Assembly (NCBI GenBank): GCA_026713705.1 | Contig: JAPONY010000081.1 | Coordinates: 431-64,430 of the forward strand | Direction of reading: 5' to 3' | Origin: Gammaproteobacteria bacterium | GTDB taxonomy: Bacteria > Pseudomonadota > Gammaproteobacteria > Poriferisulfidales > Poriferisulfidaceae | Length of the DNA stretch: 64,000 bases | Part shown: positions 8,694 to 18,084 of the stretch, piece after piece | How the letters are laid out: the number at the start of each line of letters is the position of its first letter | How positions within the stretch are numbered: the stretch's first letter is position 1 | Position numbers and translations under genes: made by a program | Notes under the pieces: model-generated | The model's input: the letters and a program-made list of their open reading frames with translations, nothing else | Databases searched by the model: none | Told to the model about the DNA's origin: nothing

Positions 8694-9212
8694 TCACTCG
8701 AAGGGCGGCCAAGCCCATTGCAGCAAAGCCTGCCGCTGGCGCGGACGGCAGGCGAGATCGCCCGGATCACAGTTCTTCCGGATCTGCGCCGCATGACGCA
8801 CGATGCCTTTCCATCTGCGAATCTGGGCCGCATCCACCACCGGGTCGCGCCGACCCAGGGAATAGCGGCAGTACCACTGGAACCAGCCGCGCGGGTCGTC
8901 GCCGATGATCCAGCCCTTCTCCCGCCAGACCCCAAGCGGCTGCCGCGACTTGATGCCGAAATAGTTAATTCCGGGATCCGGCTCCTCGCTCAGTTTCGCG
9001 CCGCGATACCAACTGGCGGGAAATTCCGAGCGGCAGTCGTTCAGGTACTTCCCCTCGAACACGCCGTGCGCCAGCATTTCCTTCGGTGTGAAATGCGGAG
9101 TGAATCCGTCTGCAAAATCCCGTCCTGCCCGCGCTTCCAGCAGGTAGCGGTAATCCGGCTGCATTTTGTCGTGCACCTCGACCCAGACGCCGGGGGCGTA
9201 TTTCCGGGACAT
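8694..9212 (-). CDS. conserved hypothetical protein (172 aa)
   Basis: Protein-like ORF with 'GWFQWYCRYSLGRRD'. The block looks familiar from widespread uncharacterised proteins, but I cannot name the family. Confidence 0.55.
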   Translation of the reverse strand: MSRKYAPGVWVEVHDKMQPDYRYLLEARAGRDFADGFTPHFTPKEMLAHGVFEGKYLNDCRSEFPASWYRGAKLSEEPDPGINYFGIKSRQPLGVWREKGWIIGDDPRGWFQWYCRYSLGRRDPVVDAAQIRRWKGIVRHAAQIRKNCDPGDLACRPRQRQALLQWAWPPFE

Positions 9213-9294
9213 GTCCGTGTCGGGTTTTCAGCGGTCCGCGGCCGATAGATTCCGGGTTGCGGGCTTCAAGTCCACCGAATCAGCGAAAGGGAGA

Positions 9295-9717
9295 TCAGCC
9301 GGCAACCCGCAGGGTCACGTCCACGCCCACCAGACCGGATTTTCCCAAGATCTCATCCGGCACCTTCACCTTGATCTGGGAGACATCCAGATCCTCGATC
9401 TTTCCGGAATCGACGTGGTACAGGTGATGGTGCGGCGCCAGATTGGTGTCGTAGATGCGCGAGCGGTCGCCCAGGTTCAACTCCTGGAGCAATCCTTTCT
9501 CGACGAACAGCTCCAGCGTGTTGTAGACCGTGCTGCGGGAAATCGAGGTGTCGCTCGCCTGCACCCGGCGGAACAACTCCGATGCCTCCATGTGCTGCCG
9601 GCAGGTAAACAGGATAGCGCTGATCGCGACGCGCTGGCGGGTCGGCGTGATGCCGTGCGCACGCAACAGGGCCGCCGCTTCGTCGACGTTGGAGATTGGG
9701 ACTGATTCCAATTCCAT
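9295..9717 (-). CDS. Fur-family transcriptional regulator (Irr-like, no CxxC)
   Basis: 'GITPTRQRVAISAILF...HMEASELFRRV......ISRSTVYNTLELFVEKGLL' winged helix plus a 'HHHLYH' metal/heme-type His cluster. The C-terminal CxxC pairs are absent. Confidence 0.85.
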   Translation of the reverse strand: MELESVPISNVDEAAALLRAHGITPTRQRVAISAILFTCRQHMEASELFRRVQASDTSISRSTVYNTLELFVEKGLLQELNLGDRSRIYDTNLAPHHHLYHVDSGKIEDLDVSQIKVKVPDEILGKSGLVGVDVTLRVAG

Positions 9718-9875
9718 GCCGCCATTGTACTCCTGATTCGTCCTGCTGCCCGTAAGACCTCCCGCCTCATGAAAAGCGGGAGAATTCTAAGCTGGAGGAA
9801 ACAATAAAATTTATGTATATTCAATCATTTACTGAAATGAATCGTCTAAACACCAAAACGCAGAGGGATTGGGAC

Positions 9876-9912
9876 TATAATAGCGCGCCCAAATAAAATC
9901 ACGATTATTTGG
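9876..9912 (+). promoter_or_regulatory. candidate -10 box (TATAAT) and perfect 8-bp inverted repeat upstream of the Panacea antitoxin gene
   Basis: TATAAT at 9876-9881. CCAAATAA (9889-9896) and TTATTTGG (9905-9912) are separated by 8 nt. This is either an operator or a 5'-UTR hairpin. No convincing -35 box. Confidence 0.35.
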
Positions 9913-9932
9913 ATTTGTTAGGGGGAAAAATA

Positions 9933-10370
9933 ATGGGCGTACAGGCGATTGATGTAGCCGACTACATTCTTAAAAATCTTGGCACAATGCCCGCCATGAA
10001 ACTCCATAAGCTTGTCTATTATTCTCAGGCTTGGTCTCTTGTGTGGGATGACAAGCCCATTTTCCATGACCGGATTGAAGCATGGGCAAATGGCCCGGTT
10101 ATCCGGGCCTTGTATAACAAACACAAAGGAAGATTTCGCATAGGCAGCATTAAGGGTGCCGAATGGAAATTGCTGAACTCTGAACAGCGCGAAACCATTG
10201 ATGCTGTTCTCGATCACTATGGTGACAAATCTTCACAGTGGCTCAGTGATTTGACTCACATGGAGGCCCCGTGGCAAGAAGCACGAGCAAAAGCGAGTCT
10301 TGCCAGTGGACAACGTGGAAACGCATGCATCACTCATGCATCTATGGCTGAATACTACTCTGCTTTGTAA
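9933..10370 (+). CDS. Panacea-domain (DUF4065, SocA-like) antitoxin
   Basis: Start at ATG 9933 (GGGGGA SD). 'MKLHKLVYYSQAWSLVWDDKPIFHDRIEAWANGPVIRALY' is the DUF4065 signature as I recall it. Confidence 0.75.
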   Translation: MGVQAIDVADYILKNLGTMPAMKLHKLVYYSQAWSLVWDDKPIFHDRIEAWANGPVIRALYNKHKGRFRIGSIKGAEWKLLNSEQRETIDAVLDHYGDKSSQWLSDLTHMEAPWQEARAKASLASGQRGNACITHASMAEYYSAL

Positions 10371-10474
10371 CGCAACTTGGGCAGGAAGCCAGCCAAGAAA
10401 TTATCCAAATCATCCGAACTCCCCCATCCCACTAAAAAGCAAAGAGTGGCGGGGATTCGGGCAAAGAAGGTCAT

Positions 10475-10819
10475 TTGTCCTGGAGATTCAGTGCGTGTGA
10501 CAAGAACGGTCCTTGGCCTTGGCTGAAACTATCAGACCCAAAAACATACCAGCGTGTAATTAAGAAATTGTCAGATTTTGAACAAATGAACCCAGAGCAA
10601 ATCAAGAATACCGGGAGTCACCCTATTGGTGTTTATAAGATTGTGAAAGGCGCTAGAGATCGCCTTCAGCAACTTCGTAAAGATGATGTTGATGAACTTT
10701 ACTCGTTTCGAATTTCTAGCAGAGAAAGGGTCTGGTGCATAAGGAAGCAGAATGTTATGGAGGTCTTGTGGTGGGACCCAGAGCACAGCGTATACCCAAC
10801 ACAACCTGGCAATACCTAG
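10475..10819 (+). CDS. putative toxin partner of the Panacea antitoxin (unclassified; RelE/ParE-like C-terminal pattern)
   Basis: 114 aa from TTG 10475; the first ATG would give 78 aa. '[35 protein letters not shown]' resembles the beta-strand core of RelE/ParE-like toxins. It starts 105 nt after the antitoxin stop. Confidence 0.45.
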   Translation: MSWRFSACDKNGPWPWLKLSDPKTYQRVIKKLSDFEQMNPEQIKNTGSHPIGVYKIVKGARDRLQQLRKDDVDELYSFRISSRERVWCIRKQNVMEVLWWDPEHSVYPTQPGNT

Positions 10820-11025
10820 ACGGCTCACACCGTCAACTTCCTGTATGCAATAGTCTCGCCGATCATCGCCCGGGTCGGGTCGCCACTATTAGTGCTTGCA
10901 TGCCATTCGCGGATTTTTCAGCCCGGTGGACTCCCTGGAGAAAGAATTCCCGCGCCATATATCCTAAAATGCGGGAAGTTATTGACTTTCCGGCCTGCTG
11001 TGCCGGGGAAATCCGACCGCCTCCC

Positions 11026-12999
11026 ATGCCTGCCTGCTCGACCGCCTCTTCTCCTCAAGCCCAGATATTCCCCGTGCCTGACGCGACAGCGAAAGCGGCA
11101 CTGATCGACCGGGCCGGCTATCTCGAGAACTACCGCCGCTCGATCGAGGACCCGGAAGGATTCTGGCTGGAACACGGCCGAAGGCTTGATTGGATCCGGC
11201 CCTACACGCACATCCGGGACGTCTCCTACGATGCGCCCGACCTGCACGTCCGCTGGTTCTACGACGGCAGCCTGAACGCCTGTTACAACTGCGTGGACCG
11301 CCATCTCGAATCGCGGGGAGACCAGGTCGCCATCCTTTGGGAAGGCGATGAACCGGACCGAGACAAAGCCATCACCTACCGGGAACTGCATCAACAGGTC
11401 TGCCGCTTCGCCAACGGGCTCAAGGCGGCCGGGGCTCAAAAAGGCGACCGGATCACCATCTACATGCCGATGATCCCGGAGGCGGCCGTAGCCATGCTGG
11501 CGTGTGCGCGGATCGGCGCCATCCACTCCGTGGTGTTCGGCGGCTTCTCGCCTGAAGCGCTGGCGGGACGCATCCGCGACGCCGACAGCAGCATGGTCAT
11601 CACGGCCGACGAGGGCGTACGCGGCGGCAAGCGGATTCCGCTCAAGGCGAACGCCGATCAGGCCGTCGAAGCCTGTCCCTCGGTCAAACACGTCGTGGTC
11701 GTCCGCCACACCGGCGCGGAGATCGCGTGGAGCGAAAGTCGCGACCTTTGGGCGCACGACCTGGCCGCGCAGGTCGACGACGACTGCCCCCCGGAAGAAA
11801 TGGCCGCGGAAGACCCGCTGTTCATCCTCTACACCTCGGGCTCCACCGGCAAGCCAAAAGGCGTGCTGCACACTACCGGCGGCTACCTGGTTTACGCCTC
11901 GATGACCCACCAGTACGTGTTCGACTATCACGAAGGCGAGATCTACTGGTGCACGGCCGACGTCGGCTGGGTGACCGGGCACAGCTACATCGTGTACGGC
12001 CCGCTGGCCAACGGCGCCACCACCCTGATGTTCGAAGGCGTACCGAATTACCCGGATGCCTCCCGTTTCTGGCAGGTCTGCGACAAGCACCAGGTCTCCC
12101 TTTTCTACACCGCGCCCACGGCCATCCGCGCACTGATGCGCGAGGGCGAGGAGCCGGTGCGCCGGACTTCTCGCAAAACACTCCGCGTGCTCGGCACGGT
12201 CGGCGAACCGATCAACCCGGAAGCCTGGCTGTTCTACCACCAGGTCATCGGCGACGGCCGCTGCCCGGTGATGGACACCTGGTGGCAAACCGAGACGGGC
12301 GGAATCATGATCACTCCCCTGCCTGGCGTTACGGATCTGAAGCCGGGCTCCGCGACCCGCCCCTTTTTCGGGATTCGCCCGATCCTCGTGGACGCCGAGG
12401 GAAATGAAATAGAAGACGCCGGCGAAGGCAACCTGTGCATCGCGGACAGCTGGCCCGGGCAGATGCGCACGGTCTACGGCGACCACCAGCGATTCATCGA
12501 CACGTATTTCGCCACCTATCCCGGACGCTACTTCACCGGCGACGGCGCCCGCCGGGACGAAGACGGCGACTACTGGATTACCGGCCGAGTCGACGACGTG
12601 ATCAACGTCTCGGGGCACCGCATGGGCACCGCCGAGGTGGAGTCGGCCCTGGTCGCGCATCCACAGGTGGCGGAGGCGGCCGTGGTAGGCTTCCCCCATG
12701 AAATCAAAGGGCAAGGGATCTATGCCTATGTCACGCTGATGGCCGGACTGGTCCCGGACAAGGAGCTGCGGGATACCCTGAGCGCATGGGTGCGCCAACA
12801 GATCGGGCCGATCGCGCGGCCGGACTTCATCCAGTGGGCGCCGGGGCTGCCGAAGACCCGTTCCGGCAAGATCATGCGCCGGATCCTTCGCAAGATCGCG
12901 GCCGACGACTACGCGGAACTGGGCGACACCTCGACGCTGGCCGACCCGGCCGTGGTCGACGACCTGATCGAGAACCGCATGAACCGGGCTTCCGCATGA
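11026..12999 (+). CDS. acs: acetyl-CoA synthetase
   Basis: '[19 protein letters not shown]', 'WWQTETGG', C-terminal '[18 protein letters not shown]'. Start taken at ATG 11026 (657 aa); the longer ORF from 10735 overlaps the upstream toxin gene. Confidence 0.95.
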   Translation: MPACSTASSPQAQIFPVPDATAKAALIDRAGYLENYRRSIEDPEGFWLEHGRRLDWIRPYTHIRDVSYDAPDLHVRWFYDGSLNACYNCVDRHLESRGDQVAILWEGDEPDRDKAITYRELHQQVCRFANGLKAAGAQKGDRITIYMPMIPEAAVAMLACARIGAIHSVVFGGFSPEALAGRIRDADSSMVITADEGVRGGKRIPLKANADQAVEACPSVKHVVVVRHTGAEIAWSESRDLWAHDLAAQVDDDCPPEEMAAEDPLFILYTSGSTGKPKGVLHTTGGYLVYASMTHQYVFDYHEGEIYWCTADVGWVTGHSYIVYGPLANGATTLMFEGVPNYPDASRFWQVCDKHQVSLFYTAPTAIRALMREGEEPVRRTSRKTLRVLGTVGEPINPEAWLFYHQVIGDGRCPVMDTWWQTETGGIMITPLPGVTDLKPGSATRPFFGIRPILVDAEGNEIEDAGEGNLCIADSWPGQMRTVYGDHQRFIDTYFATYPGRYFTGDGARRDEDGDYWITGRVDDVINVSGHRMGTAEVESALVAHPQVAEAAVVGFPHEIKGQGIYAYVTLMAGLVPDKELRDTLSAWVRQQIGPIARPDFIQWAPGLPKTRSGKIMRRILRKIAADDYAELGDTSTLADPAVVDDLIENRMNRASA

Positions 13000-14045
13000 A
13001 GCCTACTTTTGTCGCCATCGCCATCGCCCTGGCCCTCCCGGCCTCCGCGGCACAGGCACAGGATCAGAAAGGCTACCCCGCTGCGCTCGTCGTGGTCGAA
13101 CAGGCGGTGAAGCGGTCCATCTCTCCCACGGCACTGTACAGCGCCACCGTCATCAGCCGGGACGATGCGAAGTTGTCCGGAGAAATCGCCGGGCGTCTGA
13201 CGTGGGTCGCGGAAGTCGGCGACCGCATCCGGAAAGGGGGAAGCGTGGCGAAGCTGGACGATACTTTCTTCCGGCAGCAGGTGATCGAAGAGCAGTCGAT
13301 CATCCAAAGGGAGCAGGCCAAGTTTGATTTCCACACCCGGCAGGTGGAACGTCTGGAGAGGCTGCTGGAGGAAAACAACATTGCGCGCAGCCAGGTCGAC
13401 CGGGAAAGAACGGACCGGTCTGTCGCGCACAACAACATCCTGTCCGCCCAGGCTCGCCTGTCGCAGGCCGAGGAACGTCTCAAGCGCGCCAGTGTCCTCG
13501 CGCCCTTCGACGGTGTCGTGTCGGAAAGATGGCTGCAAACCGGGGAATGGGCGGATCACGGAGACACCATCGTGCGCCTGGTCAGCATCGACAACCTGGA
13601 GATCGAAACCCATATCCCGGCCGGCTCCCTGAAGCTCGTGGCGGTCGGCATCCCGCTGGCCTACACCGACGGGAAGACCTCGGGAACCGGCACGGTGCGC
13701 ACGATCGTGCCGATCGGCGGGGACGTGTCCCGGCTTTATGAGCTGCGAATTTCCGTCTCGGATCCCTCCCTGAGCGCCGGCAACCTGCTGCGTGTGGCCG
13801 TCCCGACCGCGCTCCCGCGCGAGGCGGTTTTGGTCTCCCGAGACGCCCTGATCCTGCGCCGGGAAGGAATTTACGTGTACCGGGTCAACGAGGCGTCCAT
13901 CGCTGAAAGGGTTGAAGTGCAGACCGGGATCGCCGAAGGCGGCCACATCGAGGTGATTGGCGGGATCCGGGAACATGACCGGGTAGTCATCCGCGGCGGC
14001 GAAAACCTGCGCCCCGGCATGCCGGTCCAAGTGAAACCCCTGTAG
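12996..14045 (+). CDS. efflux RND transporter periplasmic adaptor (membrane fusion protein)
   Basis: ATG 12996 overlaps the acs stop (ATGA). Signal peptide '[21 protein letters not shown]', a coiled-coil hairpin region and an HlyD-like barrel. Confidence 0.85.
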   Translation: MKPTFVAIAIALALPASAAQAQDQKGYPAALVVVEQAVKRSISPTALYSATVISRDDAKLSGEIAGRLTWVAEVGDRIRKGGSVAKLDDTFFRQQVIEEQSIIQREQAKFDFHTRQVERLERLLEENNIARSQVDRERTDRSVAHNNILSAQARLSQAEERLKRASVLAPFDGVVSERWLQTGEWADHGDTIVRLVSIDNLEIETHIPAGSLKLVAVGIPLAYTDGKTSGTGTVRTIVPIGGDVSRLYELRISVSDPSLSAGNLLRVAVPTALPREAVLVSRDALILRREGIYVYRVNEASIAERVEVQTGIAEGGHIEVIGGIREHDRVVIRGGENLRPGMPVQVKPL

Positions 14046-14055
14046 ACAGCGACTC

Positions 14056-17000
14056 ATGGGTCTGATCCGGCTTGCCCTAGGGAACCCCGTGGCAACGATG
14101 GCCGGGTGCCTGCTCGCCATCCTGTTCGGGTCGGTGACTCTGACCCACCTGCCGATCCAGCTTGTCCCCGAGGTGGAGCAACCCGAAATCGTCATCACGA
14201 CCACCTGGCGGGCAGCCGCCCCGGAGGAGGTCGAAACTGAGATCATCGAACCCCAGGAGAAGCAGCTCCGCGGCCTGCCCGGCGCGAAAGAACTTCTCTC
14301 CGAAGCCAACATGGGCACCGGAAAGATCACGATCACCTTCCAGGTGGACCAGGAACTGGACCGCGCCCTGATCGAAGTCATCAACCGCCTGAACCGCGTT
14401 CCCAGCTACCCCGAAGATGCGGACGAGCCCATCCTCAGCACGTCGGGCGGCCGCGGCCGCCCCATCGCCTGGTTCGTCATCCGGCCGGCCGAAGGCAACC
14501 CCAGGCCGATCAGCGCCTACCAGGACTTTATCGAGGAATCCGTCCAAGCGCGCCTGGAGCGGGTTCCCGGAGTCGCCCTCTCCCAGGTGTACGGCGGCAA
14601 CGAGAACGAAGTCCGCATTACGGTGGACCCGTACAAGGCGGCCGGACTGGGGGTGGACCTGACCCAGGCGATCGGGCTGGCCACCGGCAACGAAGACATC
14701 TCCGGCGGCACGGCGGACGTCGGGAAGCGCCGCTACACGCTGCGCTATGCCGGCGCGTTGGATGCCCGGCAACTCAAGGAACTGATTCTGGCGTGGCGCG
14801 AAGGCGAGCCGGTCACTTTAGGGGACATCGCCCGCATTGAACGCCTGCCTGCCGACCGCAGCAATTTCGTGGTTACCCAGGAGGGGCACTCCATCGCGGT
14901 CAACGCCTACCGCCAGACGGGCGTCAACGTGCTCGAAACCATGGCCGATATCCGTGCTGCGGTCGAGGAAATGCAGCGCGGCCCCATCAAGCGCGCCAAT
15001 CTCGTCCTTGAACAGGTCTACGACGAGACGGTTTACATCGACAGCGCCATCCGGCTGTTGCGCAACAGCCTGAGCCTGGGCATCCTGCTGGCGATAGCGG
15101 TGCTGTGGTGGTTCCTGCGGAAATTGCGGGCCACGCTGACCGTCGCCCTGACCATTCCTTTGTGCCTGTTCGTGACGCTCGTCGTGATGAACATGACGGG
15201 CCGCACCATCAACATCATTTCCCTGGCGGGCATGGCTTTTGCCGTGGGAATGGTCATGGATGCCGCCATTATCGTGCTGGAGAACATCGTGCGCATGCGT
15301 GAGCGGGGCATGGCCTCCCGGGAAGCCGCGCTTGAGGGGGTGCGCCAGGTCTGGCCCGCCTTGTTCGCGTCCACCGTGACGACGGTCGCGATCTTCCTGC
15401 CCATCATCTTCATGAAGGATCAGAGCGGCCAGCTGTTCGCGGACCTTGCCATCGTGATCTCGGTCGCCATCGCAACCTCGCTGCTGGTCGCAAGCGTCGT
15501 CATCCCCGTCGCAAAGCACAAGTTCCTGGCCAAGGAAGAGCTGACGAGCCTGCACGACGCCTGGTGGAACCGCGCAACCTCGATCATCATGAGCCTGACC
15601 GGCACGGCCACCCTGCGCGCATTCTGGATCATCGGCTTGATCGGTACGGCGGTGGCCGCCACCTACCTGATGTTCCCCAAGACCGACTACATGCCCACGG
15701 GCAATCGCAACCTGGTGATCGGCATCGTGATCCCACCCCCGGGCGTCAATATCGATCACATCGAGAAGGAAATGGGCGAGGTGATCGTTGAGCGCCTGCA
15801 GCCCTATCTGGAAGGAGAAAAAACCCCGAAGGTCAAACGCTTCTTCTTCGTCGCCGCGGAAGGCTCCATTTTCCTTGGCGCGCGGGCCGAGAATCCCGAC
15901 AAGGAAGAAATCAACCAGCTGGTGGGCGTGGTGAACGAAGTCGTGTCCGGATTCCCGGACAGTTTCGCCATCGCACAGAAGGCCTCCCTGTTCAGCGGCG
16001 TCGGCGGGCGCGCGGAAATCGACATCAACGTCCAAGGGAGCAACATCGACGACTTGCTGAAGGCCGCGAGGGTCGGGTTTGCCAAGATCCCGGAAGTCTT
16101 CAACGGAGCCCGGGCCCGTCCGCGCCCCGGCCTGGAACTGGCCGAGCCCGAGTTGCGGATGGAACCCAATGATGAACGCCTGGCCGAGATCGGGTGGAGC
16201 CGGAGCATGATGGCGCGGATCGCGCGGTTTTTGGGTCAGGGCATCTTCGTGGGCGAGCGGTTCGATGGCGAGAAAAAACTTGACGTGATTGCCCGAGTGG
16301 AGCCCTGGACAACCCCGGAGGAGTTGGCGTCGATCCCCCTGTACACATCGAATGGCGGCGTGCTGCCGGTCAGCGAACTGGTCGACATCCAGCGCACGGC
16401 CGGTCCGAACCAGATCCGCCGCCTGGATCGGCGGCGCACGGTAACGCTGGAACTGCGCCCACCCGACGGAATGCCGCTGGAGGAAGTGATCGAGAAAATA
16501 AACCAGGAAGTTGTTCCGGTGATGGAAAAGGAATTGCCCGAGGACGGGGAGATCCGGCTCAGCGGCTCCGCGGACAACCTGAAGACCGCGATCCAAAGTT
16601 TCTCCAGCAGCTTCATTCTCGCGATCATCATTCTTTATCTGCTGGTGAGCGGCTTGTTCCGGTCGTTCATCGACGGCATCTGGGTCATCCTGGTGCTGCC
16701 GCTCGCCACGGTGGGCGGCGTGCTCATGCTGCGCTTCCTGGCGCTCCCTGCGGATCTTTTGACCATGCTCGGGTTTATCGTTGTGCTGGGCCTGGTCGTG
16801 AACAATGCGATTCTTCTGGTGCATCAGGCGCGTGCCGCAGAACGTGGAGGAAAATCGAGGCACGACGCGGTGTGGGAATCCGTGCATGTGCGCTTGCGCC
16901 CCATCCTGATGAGCACCCTGACCGGTGTTTTCGGAATGATGCCCCTGCTGCTCCTGCCGGGGCCCGGCTCCGAGATCTACAAGGGTTTCGCGAGCGTCAT

Positions 17001-17109
17001 CATCGGCGGGATGGCCGTCAGCACCGCCTTTACGCTGATTCTATTGCCCTGTCTCCTGCAGCTGGGCAAGGTGAAGAGCAATACGGATGATTTGGTTCCC
17101 GGGGTTTGA
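14056..17109 (+). CDS. RND efflux permease (AcrB/AcrD/AcrF family)
   Basis: 1017 aa with 12-TM architecture and two large periplasmic loops; 'AMAFAVGMVMDAAIIVLENI' is a typical RND motif. Confidence 0.9.
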   Translation: MGLIRLALGNPVATMAGCLLAILFGSVTLTHLPIQLVPEVEQPEIVITTTWRAAAPEEVETEIIEPQEKQLRGLPGAKELLSEANMGTGKITITFQVDQELDRALIEVINRLNRVPSYPEDADEPILSTSGGRGRPIAWFVIRPAEGNPRPISAYQDFIEESVQARLERVPGVALSQVYGGNENEVRITVDPYKAAGLGVDLTQAIGLATGNEDISGGTADVGKRRYTLRYAGALDARQLKELILAWREGEPVTLGDIARIERLPADRSNFVVTQEGHSIAVNAYRQTGVNVLETMADIRAAVEEMQRGPIKRANLVLEQVYDETVYIDSAIRLLRNSLSLGILLAIAVLWWFLRKLRATLTVALTIPLCLFVTLVVMNMTGRTINIISLAGMAFAVGMVMDAAIIVLENIVRMRERGMASREAALEGVRQVWPALFASTVTTVAIFLPIIFMKDQSGQLFADLAIVISVAIATSLLVASVVIPVAKHKFLAKEELTSLHDAWWNRATSIIMSLTGTATLRAFWIIGLIGTAVAATYLMFPKTDYMPTGNRNLVIGIVIPPPGVNIDHIEKEMGEVIVERLQPYLEGEKTPKVKRFFFVAAEGSIFLGARAENPDKEEINQLVGVVNEVVSGFPDSFAIAQKASLFSGVGGRAEIDINVQGSNIDDLLKAARVGFAKIPEVFNGARARPRPGLELAEPELRMEPNDERLAEIGWSRSMMARIARFLGQGIFVGERFDGEKKLDVIARVEPWTTPEELASIPLYTSNGGVLPVSELVDIQRTAGPNQIRRLDRRRTVTLELRPPDGMPLEEVIEKINQEVVPVMEKELPEDGEIRLSGSADNLKTAIQSFSSSFILAIIILYLLVSGLFRSFIDGIWVILVLPLATVGGVLMLRFLALPADLLTMLGFIVVLGLVVNNAILLVHQARAAERGGKSRHDAVWESVHVRLRPILMSTLTGVFGMMPLLLLPGPGSEIYKGFASVIIGGMAVSTAFTLILLPCLLQLGKVKSNTDDLVPGV

Positions 17110-17154
17110 TCGAATTCTCGACTTCGCCCACAAACACCCCTGCCACGCCGTGAC

Positions 17155-18063
17155 TCAGTCCCACCCGAGCAGTTCACGTAACACTATCGCGCGTTGCGCG
17201 TTCGATTTGGATATCCGTTCGCGGATGACGCCCATAGGATCCGGAATAGGGTCAAAGCAGTTCCACACCAGATCATCGTATCCAGGCGGTTTTGCAACTG
17301 GATCTCTGCTATCTGGCCACCAGCCATAAGCTGCTTCGGCATGGTGCCGAAGATATGGCACCAGCGGCCCCTGCTTGTCGGATAAACCGCCAAAGGATTC
17401 CGGCATCATGGCAAGGTTCGCCAAATGCGTGTACGCATCTGGAGCTTTCACGTCATCCCACACATGCGCGAACACCCAGCCTTTGGGGTGCGCTGTTGTA
17501 CTGAAACCGTGTGCCCAAAGGAGTGCCCATCTGGGCGCGGTGTTGTCGTCGTACAGGATTCTGCGCCCATCAACTATTCCAGTCTCGCCACGTTGCTCTT
17601 TTCGTCCTCTGACAGCCGGAAATACCGCTCCATCCATACGCTTGACCACATCTGGATGCGGCAGCCGACAATGACGAACCGCGATTTTCACCAGTTCGGC
17701 GATGTCTTCGCTGATATCCGGCGGGTCCGGTTTTGCCACTGAAGCGGCTTGCCCTCTGGCAGAACGACGCACGGTGCCTGCGGCTACGCGATACGATTCA
17801 AGAAAGCACAGCATGTCTGCTGGCGCTTTGGGCCAGGAATAGATCCCTTTTTGCCAACTGTCCGTTTCGAGAGCGTTCTTATTCGTGCCAACCCAACCGA
17901 GGAGGTCATCATGCGGCACACGGAAAGATCCTTCCGCAATGCAAATCTCAAGGACTACGCCCTTGCCCACGAATGCCCGCTTGAGGCAGGGCCGGTTGAA
18001 TTTTTCTGTTTGCGAACACATAGGGCGTGGGAGATTGGCACTGAACGTGCAGTGTAATGCCAT
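17155..18063 (-). CDS. hypothetical protein (302 aa), last gene of the R-M operon; possible HNH-like C-terminal block
   Basis: Starts 21 nt after the hsdR stop on the same strand. 'WVFAHVWDDVKAPDAYTHLANLAMMPE...YLRHHAEAAY' loosely resembles an HNH_2-type H...N...H pattern. Family not recognised. Confidence 0.5.
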   Translation of the reverse strand: MALHCTFSANLPRPMCSQTEKFNRPCLKRAFVGKGVVLEICIAEGSFRVPHDDLLGWVGTNKNALETDSWQKGIYSWPKAPADMLCFLESYRVAAGTVRRSARGQAASVAKPDPPDISEDIAELVKIAVRHCRLPHPDVVKRMDGAVFPAVRGRKEQRGETGIVDGRRILYDDNTAPRWALLWAHGFSTTAHPKGWVFAHVWDDVKAPDAYTHLANLAMMPESFGGLSDKQGPLVPYLRHHAEAAYGWWPDSRDPVAKPPGYDDLVWNCFDPIPDPMGVIRERISKSNAQRAIVLRELLGWD

Positions 18064-18084
18064 TTCTATCGCAAACAGAAAAAC

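Noticed and set aside
9758-9781. A 7-bp GC hairpin (CTCCCGC-N10-GCGGGAG) upstream of the Fur-family gene.
   Set aside because: No adjoining U-tract on either strand, so it is not a convincing intrinsic terminator. Its function is undetermined.
10300-10500. A 66-aa ORF bridging the Panacea gene 3' end and the toxin candidate, which raised the idea of a frameshifted longer toxin.
   Set aside because: Most of it overlaps the antitoxin coding region out of frame. The non-overlapping part ('PRNYPNHPNSPIPLKSKEW...') is low-complexity, and I could not see a frameshift-prone site.
9775-10960. GAATTC and CTGGAG motifs on both sides of the Panacea TA insert (about 9781-9800 and about 10935-10955), considered as possible insertion-site repeats.
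   Set aside because: The motif order and orientation are inconsistent with either direct or inverted repeats, and the matches are only 6 bp long. This is likely coincidence.
10918-12798. 626-aa ORF antisense to acs. Similar very long antisense or off-frame ORFs occur at 14818..16887, 19672..20763, 27400..28554, 34164..35846, 37197..39197, 41474..43804, 43792..44787 and 45587..46840.
   Set aside because: Each lies entirely opposite to, or out of frame with, a gene that has unmistakable family motifs. Their translations are Arg/Gly/Pro/Ala-rich with no motifs, which is typical of stop-poor shadow frames in GC-rich DNA.
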